Origin: Octopus sinensis
Lineage: Eukaryota
Assembly: GCF_006345805.1 (NCBI RefSeq)
Contig: NC_043013.1
Coordinates: 34,596,001 to 34,660,000, forward strand
Direction of reading: 5' to 3'
DNA: 64,000 bases
In this document: positions 25,404 through 39,178 of the stretch, piece by piece
Layout of the letters: each line of letters opens with the position of its first letter
How positions within the stretch are numbered: the stretch's first letter is position 1
Made by a program: the position numbers and the translations under genes
The notes under the pieces: generated by a model
Seen by the model: only the letters and a program-made list of their open reading frames with translations
Told to the model about the DNA's origin: nothing
Databases searched by the model: none

Positions 25404-25624
25404 ACTGACTTTGAAGAGCACTTATATGATGGTATAGGATTACCAACTAGATTATCAAGATTTTGAATCTTTTGATCGTTCATGAAAATCTTCTTGCGAC
25501 CCCATTCAGCCCAGTAACATGCTTTCTTAGTCAGATCATCATCATTATCGTGATGATAATTACCTGAATAACAGACAATTACATTGAATACACCTGCAAT
25601 GAATGACATTCCAACGATGACCAG
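25404..25624 (-). CDS. Candidate internal coding exon of an unidentified gene (frame ambiguous)
   Basis: Non-repetitive island. 73 stop-free codons (LVIVGMSFIAGVFNVIVCYSGNYHHDNDDDLTKKACYWAEWGRKKIFMNDQ...SSKS) run from an AG at 25625 to a consensus GTAAGT donor at 25403. An overlapping alternative (25564-25716, other frame) also has AG/GT ends. Confidence 0.3.
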
Positions 25625-26166
25625 CTTGTGTTATGTTCAGAATACGAGAGAACAAAACAGTTGGGTCATGGTTACAAAACATTCCAACAATATCTACAAC
25701 ACGTACAATGGATTTACTTTTTAAATAAGGACAAAGAAATTAGTTTAAATAGAAAGGTAACAGAATAAAGATTACTTTACAGCAGTCTCTTTCACTACTT
25801 CGAATTCAAAGTTCAAATCTCACCAGATTAAACTTGCCCCTCACCTTTTTCAGTCAGAGGAGAAGAGCAGTGCCTATGATGTTGACAAGATAAACAAACC
25901 GGATGTGGAAAAGAGAGGAAAAGGCCAAGATCTATGGGTAACATCTTTATTTCTGTGAGATTAGTTAACTATGAAAAATTAAATTAAAGAAATTTGATTT
26001 TGAAATTGGCCCTGATACTCTGTAACAGTAATCTTCATAAATATTGCAACTCAATATATTGTGCCTCGAGTTTTTGGTCAATATATTGGATTTTATTGGT
26101 AACATTTTTCAGTTATGTTTTCACAGGTTAGAGATTATCTTGTATCTGAACCATAACAGTTTCTTC

Positions 26167-26333
26167 CAGGAGTGGCTGTGTGGTAAGTAGCTTGCTTACC
26201 AACCACATGGCTCTGGGTTCAGTCCCACTGCTTGGCACCTTGGGCAAGTGTCTTCTACTATAGCCTCGGGTCATCCAAAGCCTTGTGAGTTAATTTGGTA
26301 GAGGGAAACTGAAAGAAGACCATCGTATATATG

Positions 26334-26381
<48 letters not shown>

Positions 26382-26570
26382 TGTCTGTGTTTGTCCCCCC
26401 AACATCGCTCGACAACTGATGCTGGTGTGTTTACATCCCCATAACTTAGCAGTTTGGCAAAAGAGACCGATAGAATAAGTACTAGGCTTACAAACAATAA
26501 GTTCTGGGGTTGATTTGAAAGGCGGTGCTCCAACATGGCCACAGTCAAATGACTGAAACAAGTAAGAGTA
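26167..26570 (+). mobile_element. Full-length S1 SINE
   Basis: Same structure as 13091-13558. Confidence 0.85.
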
Positions 26571-26584
26571 TATATATTTATTTT

Positions 26585-27840
26585 TATGGAGGACTGGCAG
26601 TTACAAGAAAAGTAGTCAGCTCCACTCAGAAATTGGCTGAATAGAAACTATCCATCGAACATTGAGCAGAAGTGGTGAATGCCTACATTGCCTTTGTAAT
26701 AACTTACCACCTGACCATTGTAACTTGTCCCAGTTCATGTTTGGCCAGACTGGATCATCTACTTTTCTCTTTCCTGTGGAAAGGATGCTTTCCACTAGTT
26801 AGGTGGTCCATCTGTTGCCAGTTCCCTCCAGAAGGCAGGCTTAGCATGCCATACCTGTTGATATGAAGGCATACATGGAAGCCACACATCTACAGATTTT
26901 TGTGAATGGTGAACCAGTGTGATCTCTGTATACAAGACACATTTTTCTGCAGCTCATCTCTTTCATGGAGCTGAAGTCCTGGGTCAAGAAAAGACCAAGA
27001 TTGGGTGCCTGAGAAATGAAATGTTACAAGACACCCACTGTCTTTTACCAGTGTTGGAAGGTTTATGTTAGCGATCTTAGAAAGATATTGGTAGGCTCAG
27101 AGTGATGACATTCTTGGAGAAATTCTGGGCTTCAGCAAAGATGAATTAGCTGGTTGGTTTCAGACTTTCAGGCTGCGATCTGCTATGAATAACTTCTAGG
27201 AATCCCTGGCTTGATTGTGCTACTGAGGGGCACTTCTGGTTCAAGATAAGTACTACAAACACAGAAGTACTGCCAATTAGGACCTCACAAGATGTGCACA
27301 GAATGACAAAACCATACTGCGTGCACCCATGCAGCATTCAAGCATTTCTGACTTTGCAAACAAATGTTGTCAAATGTAGGATGAATTCAAATATCAGCTG
27401 AGTCCATTGTGAAGATTGCCCCACCAGCTGCCTTTAACAAGGTAGGGCAGATAGTGTTCTTCTATCCAGTGGCTATGACAAAGGAGGTCAAATCCCTATC
27501 AAATTCTTTTTAGCTTTCCTTGGAAAGTAAAGTGAGTGTGGAGTGGGAAGTGCTTTTTCCCAGGGCCAGTTAATTAGAGAACAACAGCTGGGTGAGAGCC
27601 TATGAGTTTTGCTGACCAGGGTAACCCTGAATCATGGGGTCTCTTGATTGGCCCTTGCTGGATGTCCTCCTGTATCAAAAGAATTGCATCATTTATATCT
27701 TCTCATTCTTTGTTTCTCATGCTTTATCTCATTTCTCTGTCTTTTCCTTTCTTTCTTCTATCTTTTAAGCAAGACCCCCACATAAATTGTAAGCAATTCT
27801 TATAATGTCTTTTACATCTGATGCCGCTATCACAAAAAAA
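26585..27840 (+). mobile_element. Tx1/L1-clade LINE 3' fragment, decayed
   Basis: EVVNAYIAFVITYHL..V.CP...LARLDHLLFSFLWKG..PLVR.SICCQ.PPEG.L.MP.L is typical of the post-RT region in Tx1/L1. A CCHC remnant (RCAQNDKTIL.A..Q) lies near 27290, with a pyrimidine-rich UTR and poly(A) near 27835. Confidence 0.7.
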
Positions 27841-28040
27841 AAATTGTTATAATCATTATAAGTGAGCAATGGTGAACTCAGGGTTTCAGAAGATGGCATT
27901 TTCCCAAAGTCTTGTATAATGGAATTAAACTAAGAAACTTGTGCCTGTGAAGCAGATTTCTAAATCACACAACTGCACCTGATGTTAAAAGGAATTTTCT
28001 TGCGTATCCATACCTAATTACATTACATAGTTTTTATAAT

Positions 28041-28218
28041 CCTAGCATTTCCCACTTCTTAAGGCAACTGGAAATCCCATGCAAGATTGATGTCTTGCAA
28101 AAAGCAGCTTTATTGGGCACAGCGCACATCTTAACAAAAGTATCATCTGTGAGGTCTTTGTTGTGACTTGACAGACAACTAAAGACTCTGGTGCATTTTT
28201 ACCTACACTGTCTTATGA

Positions 28219-28274
<56 letters not shown>

Positions 28275-28315
28275 TAATAATAATAATAACAACAACAACA
28301 ATAACAATAATGATA
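28041..28315 (+). mobile_element. Dong/R4-type RLE retroelement 3' end with (TAA)n tail
   Basis: QLEIPCKIDVLQKAALLGTAHILTKV is the conserved R4/Dong C-terminus. About 100 bp of UTR follow, then (TAA)n at 28222-28315. Confidence 0.75.
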
Positions 28316-28324
28316 TGTCTTGAT

Positions 28325-28875
28325 GCAATACCAGGCACTGCCTTTCATTGCTTTTCACCTTAACTAATTGCAAGTGTTATCATGTACATTGTTTTGTCAC
28401 GGTATAACAGATGGGTTACAGCAAATATTCTGCTCAGTACCACAGATTTCCTTGTGTGTTGTTTGACCTTAACCAGTTGAGCATGTCCCTTGGTGGCTGA
28501 TGATATCTGCATCTCTGACCACGAGCAGACATAGTGGGGGAGCATTATAGCTATGTGTTGAGAGGAATTCAAGAGGTTTGAATAATTCACCTCTGGAAAC
28601 ATTTGTGTTTTGTTCATCATCTTTAAACAAACCATATTCAGGGACCTTTTGAGCAGGATGAGCTACTCGTCCTGAAGAAAATTCTAACTGGGCCCCATCT
28701 GTAAGGTCATGTGCTGTTTATCTTGATATAAGATCACTATGTCACACTCATGGTTGTGATGTATGTACCTAGTGTACCCTTATCAGATGGGTAGTGATGA
28801 TGGGTATACTGGGCTGTGTATAATTGTACCCCAGTGTCGCTTTGATGCCATGCACTACTCTCTCACTCAATGATG
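28325..28875. mobile_element. Unclassified element of about 550 bp embedded between (AAT)n tracts
   Basis: Relatively GC-rich non-coding block with (AAT)n on both sides. I recall it as a common octopus repeat, but there is only one copy here. Confidence 0.4.
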
Positions 28876-28910
28876 AAAATATTAATAATAACAATAATAA
28901 CAATAATAAC

Positions 28911-28952
<42 letters not shown>

Positions 28953-29043
28953 CAACAGTAGTAATAGAAGTAGAAGTAGTAATTTTTTTTTTTGCAGAGA
29001 TGGAATTTCTACATATTTATTATTTCATTACTTGTGATTTTTA

Positions 29044-29062
29044 TACACACACACGCACGCAC

Positions 29063-29157
<95 letters not shown>

Positions 29158-29205
29158 TACACACACACACACACAGACACATACATACACACACACACAC
29201 ACACA
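29044..29205. repeat. (CA)n microsatellite
   Basis: Read directly from the sequence. Confidence 0.95.
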
Positions 29206-29622
29206 TTATTCTTACTGTTGCTGTTGTTGCTTTTGATGGTGTTGATGTGATAATAGTGTTTCTTTGCAGGGAATTGAAACTGGGAGGAGAAGATACAATA
29301 AGAGATGGAGAGGAGACACCAAACTGAAACATTTTTTGGGTCTGTGTTGGGGGGGCAGGAGACAAAGGGAGAAAAAAGACCATACGTATGCAGAATATAC
29401 ATACGCATACATATGTGTGTGTGTATTTAAATATGCACATGTTTGTGCACACATGCACACACAGAACAAGCATGAGAGAAAGAGAGAGACTGATAACGAA
29501 AGACCAAAAGAATACTAACAAGAATGCAATGCGCTGTTATGTTCTAAGGCAAAGTTCACTCCAGTATTACTTATTGTTCAGGTGCCAAGTAAAAGAATGA
29601 ATATATATAATCATAGATACAT

Positions 29623-29670
<48 letters not shown>

Positions 29671-30382
29671 ATATATATATATATATATATACATATATAC
29701 ATACATACACACACTTATACATGTGTGCTTGTGTATTTTATTTATGTATTTCTTTTGTATCATTTTTGCTTGTTTTGTGCACAAAATTATATTTGATTTG
29801 AATTTTTACCATCAGAGTGTTAGTCAAAGGAATATGTTTTTTACAGACATTTATCATTTGTTATATGTGTGTGTTTGTGTGTATATGTGCGTATGTGTAT
29901 GTCTTTGTGTGTGTGCGTGTGTGTGGTGTGTGTGTGTGTGTCCATTTTCATCTGCGTATCTGTGTTAAGAGATACATATAGAAATATATGTATATGTTTG
30001 TGCATCTCTGTATTTGTATTTGAATACGTGTAAGCCTGTCGGAATGTTTTCGAAGAAATTTTGTATTTTTAATAATGAAACATTCTAAATTATATTTTTT
30101 AAATGTATCAGAGCTTTTATTTTATATTATATATATTTTTCTTTAATTCTAAGAGAAAAATTATTCTTCCTTAAATTTTATTTCTTAATTTTTTTCTTTT
30201 GCACTTTTATATTGATGAGGGTGTATTTTGTTATTGTTGTTATTTTTGTTATTGTTGTTGCTGTCCTCATTGTTGTTGCTATCACATTACTATTATTGAG
30301 CCTATGTATTTTATACATTAATTTTTGTCTGTGATATTACATATAATTTAGTTTCATTCATACATACATACATATATATATA

Positions 30383-30466
<84 letters not shown>

Positions 30467-30489
30467 GTTTATACATATTTGTATGATTG

Positions 30490-30527
<38 letters not shown>

Positions 30528-32496
30528 GTGTGTATGTGTATGCGTGTGTATGTGTGTGTATGTGTGTGTGTGCGTATTTATATATTTAGTTATTTTCTCC
30601 ATTTTATATAATTTGCCATTCTTTTATATTCCAACTAGTGATTTTTGAGAGTAAGAGAATGGAAAATAATGATAATTATAATAATAATAAACTTCATTGC
30701 AATATTATAACTGAAGCCTTCAAATGACTGGTTTGTCTACAATTTTAACATTAGGAAAGCTTATTTGTAAATTGTGTAACACATAAACGAAAACCAATAA
30801 AATATGTATTCTTTAAGAAGGTTAGAAATTAAAGTGGAATGTTCACACAAGCAAACACATATATACTTGCCCACACACAAACTCATAAATAGAGTTTTTA
30901 ATATTACTTATAATTATATATATATATCATACTTAAAATGATTTTAGATAACCTACTCAATTTTTACACTCCCAACCAGAAAACTTTTATCTCCAGTTAA
31001 GCATAAGAAATTTCTTTTGCAACACAGCAAGAATTTGTTTAGATGGCGCTTCCAATTCTAGAGTCAGTGAAATGAAGAGATGTGAAATTTATGCCATTTT
31101 CACATTCATTAATGTTAAACATGAAGGGGGATAACACCAATCATTTATTTAAAGTTATATATGAATTGAAGTCTGGATGATTCATCTACTTTTTTGCACA
31201 TATGACTGGTTACCTGTAAGATGAGAAGATGTGCTCATGTATGTGTGTCCACAAAAGACACAAAAGACAGGTACACATGTGTTAAACTGCTTAACAGGTT
31301 AGTTACTTGCCCATTGCAGCAGACTTTCACTTACATGGATTGTAACTTTCCATACTGGAGAAACTGTGCAGTAATGGATGTTTATTAATACACGCATATT
31401 CCACTTTATGACAGTTTTCAGTTCCCAATGTGTTTATTTATATTTTCACATGCATATGACACACAGACAATGCCAAACCAAAGAGACTGAGAAGTCATTC
31501 TATCTACCAGAAATGATAGCTAAATCTCCTGCATATTACACTTTTCTTTCACATATAAGGAAAAGATACTTTGGAGAATATAGCCCAATATGTTATGTTT
31601 AAATATAAGATGGGAAGGTCATAGTTGGAATGCCGTTGTTCATAGAAAGTTTAATCTGAGTAAACCTATGGTGAAACAATATCATAAAGAATGTTCTTAA
31701 ATAGTCTGTCACAACCAATCACTCCTGACAATTTTGAAATCTACCATAAGTTAAAGCTGTCAATAGAAATCTATAAGTAAATTATTCCATCCATGACACT
31801 TCTATTAGAAATAGCCCATTATTGTTTAAACCCTGCTTCTGTTACTCAAGATTAGCCCCTTATGAAGAAAATTCACTATTAATTCAAAGCACTCTAGTCA
31901 TGGATCGCCCCTATTTTTCTGTGTATCAGAAACTATATTATCTGAGGCAGCTGTCCTCTTTTCAAAGAGAGGAGTGTGATTTGAGGAAGATTTGGCATTC
32001 TTTATGTTTAATTAGGTTTAGTAACCATATAGAGATTCCCTTATAAGCATCAAGATTATGCAGCAGTTGAGCTCAAATATTCTAAAGTCAATGAAAAGCA
32101 CTTTTGTTCTTTTGGAGTCAATAAAACAAGTGTCTGTCAAGTACTGAGGTCAATGTAACTGACCTGCACCCTCCCCTCAAAATTGCTGGCCTTATGCCAA
32201 AATTAGAAAAAAAAAATCATTTGTATTTGTTATACACATAACTGATGACAGGAAAATGGTAACAGTTGTTATCATGACTTATTGTATGCTATGTCCTTGT
32301 TGTCAACTCAGACAACTGTGAAAGACAAAGAGAACTCTTCTATTGTATTGTAGAGACCAATCTAAATTACAGGAACATTGCTAGAACCAGCAAAACTTCA
32401 TTCACCACAAATAGAAAGGAATTCTGAAGTGAATATAAGAATTGCAGTTATCATTAACTTCTAATTTTAATTGAATAGTCAGCCTAATTGAATATA

Positions 32497-32860
32497 GGCG
32501 CAGGAGTGGCTGTGTGGTAAGTAGCTTGCTAACCAACCACATGGTTCTGCTATAACCTCGGGCCGACCAAAGCCTTGTGAGTGGATTTGGTAGACGGAAA
32601 CTAAAAGAAGCCTGTCGTATATATATCTATATATGTATGTGTGTGTATATGTTTGTGTGTCTGTGTTTGTCCCTCTAGCATTGCTTGATAACCGATGCTG
32701 GTGTGTTTACATCCCCGTCACTTAGCGGTTCGGCAAAAGAGACCGATAGAATAAGTACTGGGCTTACAAATAATAAGTCCTGGGGTCGATTTGCTCAACT
32801 AAAGGTGGTGCTCCAGCATGGCCGCAGTCAAATGACTGAAACAAGTAAAAATAGTAAAAA
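32497..32860 (+). mobile_element. S1 SINE with a deletion in the head
   Basis: GGCGCAGGAGTGGCTGTGTGG start, B-box region deleted, 3' body intact. Confidence 0.85.
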
Positions 32861-33039
32861 GAGAGAGCCAGGAAGAGCTGTTCCCATGGTTCCAAGACTA
32901 AATGAAAAAAATGGAGGAAGGTATCCTTGAACCAAACGTTTCACCCAAATGTTTACAGCTGAGTGAACTCTGTTAAAAGCTGGCAGGGATCGGATGGAGG
33001 TGTTAGATCATGGATTGGGTTCAGTTTCTCACACAAGTA

Positions 33040-33268
33040 GGCGAGCTAGCAGAAACGTTAGCATGCAGGGCGAAATGCTTAGCGGTATTTCGTCTGCTGC
33101 TATGTTCTGAGTTCAAATTCCACCGAGGTCCACTTTGCCTTTCATCCTTTTCGGATCGATTAAGTAAGTACCAGTTTCACACTGGGGTCGATATAATCGA
33201 CTTAATCCGTTTGTCTGTCCATGTTTGTCCTCTCTGTGTGTAGCCCCTTGTGGGCAGTAAAGAAATAA
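33040..33268 (+). mobile_element. S3 SINE (young, variant 3' tail)
   Basis: CpG-retaining head and central domain. The tail TGTAGCCCCTTGTGGGCAGTAAAGAAAT is shared with 20855-20940 on the minus strand. Confidence 0.75.
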
Positions 33269-36200
33269 CAAGTAGGCTTTGGTGTGATTTGAATTCAGAA
33301 ATATAAAGAACTAGGTTGACAACAGGTAGGATGTCTTGCTATTGGAAATCTATCTTGATAAACTCTATTTGACACATGTAGGCATTGGAAATTACGTGTT
33401 AAGCAATGATGATGGTAAAAGTATATACTAGACTAGATTTATTTGCTCTTATCTTAAACATACCAAGTTAGATTTAACCTTTAGCAAGTTGTAGATACAT
33501 CATGTCACTGTACGAGCTTTCTCCCTTCTCTATGTGAGGCAATGCATCTGCAACTACAGGGGAGAAAACTCATTTGACACCATGATGCACCTAAGTGTTC
33601 TAAAGGTGAAATGAATTATTTTCAGGTCTTAGTCAGAGGAGGACTGAACATGTCCATGACCATTAGTCTCAAAGACTTGTAAGGTCTTTGAGACTAATGA
33701 GAAAGAGGAATGGAAATCTTAATCTCCTGGAGCCCTATACTTGCAGCACAGTGTACAATGTAACCTATCTTGGGTATCTGGGAACTAGATGGTATTGTTG
33801 AACAAAGCAACAGTTAATTTTAAAACCCAAAGAGAAATACAATCTTATTGACAAGCTTCTGCATAACTTCTGATATTCACACAATTTAAGCTGATCCCAG
33901 GATATCTGGAGTAGACTACATTTTATTTGTTCCAATTGCATCTCGGTGGAGTTGAGCTTGATGCTAAGTGATTGCAAAGTAAATTTCTTTACCACATGAC
34001 TATACTTGTATCCAAGACCGAGTAATTGATACACATTTCTTTGACATGGCTGTGAGACTGACTTCAAACTTGGTTTGTTGTTACTTGTACAATTGCAGCT
34101 GCAGCTACAGCCGCTACTGCTGCTGGTGATGCTGACGACGATGATGATGATGATGATGATGAAAATTGAAGATAATAATATTTTAAATTTTACAACCACC
34201 ACCAAATAACCATTTCTATGATTTTTATATCTTTTAGCCCAGCACTCACAATGGTGTAATAATTAACACTATGAAGGGAAAAAATGGCTCATAATGGCTC
34301 ATAATGGTTAATGGGGCATTAAATCACCACCAAAGAATTCATCTTAATGCAATGTAGTATCAAGGACAAGTAGAGCTAATTGCAAACATGACAAGTTAGT
34401 GAAGTGCAACAGGTTATCAAACTTGCATTGCTGACTCATCTTGTATGTAGCTTAGCAGCACCACTCTACATTAACACCTGTATAATTAAAAGCCAATGAA
34501 GAAACCTTTATATAGTTGTTTGGCCTGCTGGAATTAGTAGCCAAATCACCCTCAAATTGCTCTTTATCATCTTAAATAAGGACAAGTCATATTAGATTAT
34601 GTAGTCTGACATTGCTTTAAAACAGCATGGGATGGTCAGAGCTAGAATGTTGTTGAACATAGATCTTCATTAGGTTTGACCTGGGGCTAAATATTAACAA
34701 CTTGTATGATTAATGCTGAAAGGAATGCACAATCAATTAATTGGTCGTGATGAGCAATTGACTATATTTTGATTTGATAAAAATCATTAGAATAAAAAGT
34801 AAATAAATTTGAAAAAGTAAAACGATTCCAAAAATGTGATTTTACAAAATAAAAACAAAATAAAACTTGCTAATGAACAAGATAAACTTTGTAATCACTT
34901 GACTGATTAGAAATAACACCTAAATCTCCCTCAAACTACATATTTTGTTTAATTTGGTTCCAGAAAGGCTGTTAAGAAGGCAGAAAAGACTGCACTGTCA
35001 TATTTGGAAAGCATTTAGTGGTATTATATTTGACCAGGGCTGACCTGAGGCTAAAATAAAACATAAAAGGGAGCATCTACTATGGTGCTTGACTTACTAA
35101 AAGCAAAAGCAAACATCACTCAAAAAACAAACCCTTTTCCTTAAAATGTTAAATTGTATAATGTAATTCTAAACAAATCTTTGAACACTTGGTGGTGATT
35201 GGTAAGCTGAAAGAAGCTTGGAAGACAGAGGGAGAAGATTTCTGATAGCCCTCACAGTAGCCTACAAAGAGATTAGCAAAATATCTTCCTTAGCTATGTG
35301 TGGGATAGAATAAGGGAAATATCCATAATAACTAGTGAGCTGGCAGACATGTTAGCACACAAAATGCTTAACAGTATTTTGTCTGTCTTTGAGTTCTGAA
35401 TTCAAATTTCACTGAGGTCGACTTTGCCTTTCATCCTTTCGGGGTCAATATATTAAGTACCAGTTGCATACTGGGGTCGATCTAATTGATTAGCTCACCT
35501 CCAACAAAATTTCTTTAAGTAATATAAGTGTGTAGCGGAAATGATCAGCAGTCAGATCACTACACCTGATGTAGTGAGTAGAAAAGAATAATAATGGGGC
35601 TTTTTTCACTAATTTTTCATTTATTACCCTTTTTTTATGATTTCTCTCAGTTTTTGTTTTTTAGACTATTTCCTTGCTGACACAACGTTTTAGCTGGTAA
35701 GCTTGCTTTACAACCACATGGTTTTGGGGTTCAGTCCTACTGCATGGTAGCTTGGGCAAGTGTTGTAGATGAATGTCACCATCACGCAAGCAAGTGCCAC
35801 ATCTTTCTTCCAATCTTCTATGAAAATACAATCAAGCCCTAGGAAGATAATACTTTGCTTGGAAACAGGTGAGGGTTAATGGTAGGAAATTCAGAGAAAA
35901 CTTACATCTACAAATTCCTTCTCATTCCTGCAAATGATGGAAAATCGGACGTTAAAAGAATTTATGAGAATGATGATAATATATGTCGCCATGTTGTGCA
36001 ATTTTCTGACAATTCTTCAAATCTGCTCCCATTGTTGGAGTATGTTATAAAAATTAAGATTTTTACCATGTGGTTGAAGCCATTTTAAAGCAGGATTTGG
36101 CTGGTTAGATCAAACCAAATATATTACTGGTACTTATTTTACTGACACCTTGCATTCCCTGTTCCCTGCTGCAAACAGGAATGGCCAAGTAAACTACTAT

Positions 36201-37628
36201 GGGATTTGAACTCAGAATGTTTAAGAGAAATAACTAAATAGTTATTTAATCTACCACGTTAGAAGCTCTGCAATCCATGTCTCTTAGTAATGATAATATT
36301 AGAATTGATAATGATAGGATGACAATTTTTTTTTCTTCTTTGTGCATATATGCGTTTATATAAAGATATATATATATATATATAGGAGTATGTGTGTGTG
36401 TGTATGTGTGTGTGAGTGTGTATGTGCATCACATTCTGTAGAGTTCGAAGAATCAGTGATATGAGTCTGCAAGAAATTTCATCAGTTTTTATTTGATGCT
36501 ATATCTGCGTCAATATTGCAAGGTAAAAGGAGGGGGGAGGAGAGTAAGAGAATAAAAACAAAAACCAAAAAAAAAAAAAATAATGAAAAAAGATAAATAA
36601 ATACAAACATATATGTATATACATATATATATATATATATAAAAACGTGAGTGAAAGAACTTAGATGAAATAATTTTGCTGCTTCATTTGGCACCAGCAG
36701 CGCCAAATGCTCGGAATATCATGCGACCGGAATATAGAATTCTACTAAACATTCATTTCGTTTGATGTCCTTCATTAGAATTGGTAAAACATGTAGAGAT
36801 TTATTTGCTAAATTAAAAAGTTCAAATACTCCAAAATGAGAATTAATGTAAATAACACAACATCAGGATTTGGAAGCTTTTTTTTTTTTTTCTTCCCCTT
36901 TCTTCTTTTTTTGTCTGTCTGTTATAGCTTTTAACTTTGTTTTGTTTGTCTTTTTAGCTTTTCTTTTTTGTGACGGCGGTGGGTGTGTGGGGGTGGGGCT
37001 TCCCCCACCTCCGCCATTTTCGTCATCAGCAGCTTAATGTCCAATTACAATACTGGCATTGCTTGGACTGAAAAAAAATCAGTGTGTATATGTATGCATA
37101 TATCTATACACACTCACATTCAGACACAATCATATATATATACATATATAAACCTGTATGTGTGTGTGTGTGTATATATGTATATATATATATATATAGA
37201 TATATAGATATATATACACATGCATATATTGCATTTTTGTGCCTTTTAGTGTTTGCTTGTTTCATTTTTTTTCATTTTTACTTGGGTCTTTTTTTTTTAC
37301 ACATTACCCCTAACATGGTCTTAATCATATATTGATAATTTCCGCTGGCTTCTAAATAGAATTGCAAACTAACCAATAGGTTAGTTTGCACTGAGAGGAG
37401 CCAATATATTACATATCTATGAGAGAATCTAAAGCCTCAATTTCTTTCTTTTGAACTAAGCTTTTTCATTTCCAGGAAAAAGCAGTTGCTATGACATTTG
37501 ATTGTAGAGTTAACCAAATTTTTACTTCATCAACGAATGCTTCCCTAATTTCAGCTTCATTCCATTAAAAATTGAAGCCTAGCTTTATCCATTATTTCCT
37601 TCTTGATATCTTGCTGTATGTGTGTGCA

Positions 37629-37748
<120 letters not shown>

Positions 37749-38122
37749 TGATATGATGATATATATATATGTATATGCAGAGATACACACAAACACACAC
37801 ATACACAGACACACAACTGTCTTGTTTTTCTATACTTAGTTCTCTCTCATTCTTTCTCCTTATATTTACCTCTTCAGAAGAGAGAATGGAATTGTTGGAT
37901 TAAGCTGGTCATTTCAATCTAGTTGAATCTATCAAGGTTGATGCCATGAAACAACATTTCTTCAAAAATGTCCATGAATCTGATATGCAGTCTCAGTTGG
38001 CAGAAGCTTATGCCAAAAATCAAATTGTTATGGCCAAGAAGGTTCTTATTTTTTAATGTTCCCATGGTCCTTTTTTTCTTCCATTTCTACAAATATATTC
38101 TTCACTATTATTATCATCATCA

Positions 38123-38160
<38 letters not shown>

Positions 38161-38340
38161 TCTTTGGTCATTGCCCATGTCATACAAGTAATTACTTCTT
38201 AGTAATTTTGCTCTGTTTTTTTTTTCTGCACCTTAGTTTCATTATTGTTTTTTTTATTTATTGTCTTTTTAAATATTTATTTTCACTTTGGAAGTAAAAA
38301 AAAAATTATAGTTATTAACATGCAACGTGCTGCAATCAAT

Positions 38341-38408
<68 letters not shown>

Positions 38409-38460
38409 TTATACACACAGATATACATATGTGTATAAACTCCCTTTGAAATTGCAAGGG

Positions 38461-38549
<89 letters not shown>

Positions 38550-39145
38550 CATAATTTCATATAAACATATGCGCTTGCATATTTGTGCGTTATTTCATTT
38601 TTTTTTATTTCCTTTTTGTGAAATATTGTTTTTAATGAGTTTTCTTTGATGATTATGAATGATAAGAAATAATCATGATAAAAATATAGAGTAGAACTGA
38701 GTAATATTCAGACATTTGGAGGGATCTTAAGATGAAAACAATAATGCACATATCTTTATGAATGTGTGCATCTACATACGGGAAAATCTGCGTGTATATG
38801 TATTTGTATCCATATGTATTCTTATATACATGTATGTAGGCATGTATATGTATGTGTATGCGTGTATGTTTGTGTGCGTCTGTAGTCTTCAAGATAGATA
38901 GATGTAAAACGAAGAATTTTGTGCAAATTAATATTGTCAAAAGCTATTGCATTTTCCCTTTGAACTATTTGTTTACTTAAGTATATCAGTTATAAACACA
39001 TGGAAACACACACACACACACACACAAACACAAACACTTATACATACATGCACAAACTCATAGGATTCCTACATTTCTAGTTTCAATGGATTAGCTGATA
39101 GTTTTGATTATTGCTAAATCTACAGCTGGCTCCCTTCACATTATC

Positions 39146-39178
<33 letters not shown>

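Noticed and set aside
28740-28870. Possible HDV-like ribozyme at the end of the 550-bp element
   Set aside because: The spacing between candidate P1 strands is too short for P2/P3/L3, and I could not build the nested double pseudoknot.
33765-34205. 146-aa minus-strand ORF
   Set aside because: It begins in (ATC)/(GCT) low-complexity sequence, and has no recognisable motif or convincing splice sites.
37018-37029. CTGATGACGAAA on the minus strand, hammerhead-like
   Set aside because: There is no stem II between the two core halves, and no stem I or III pairing.
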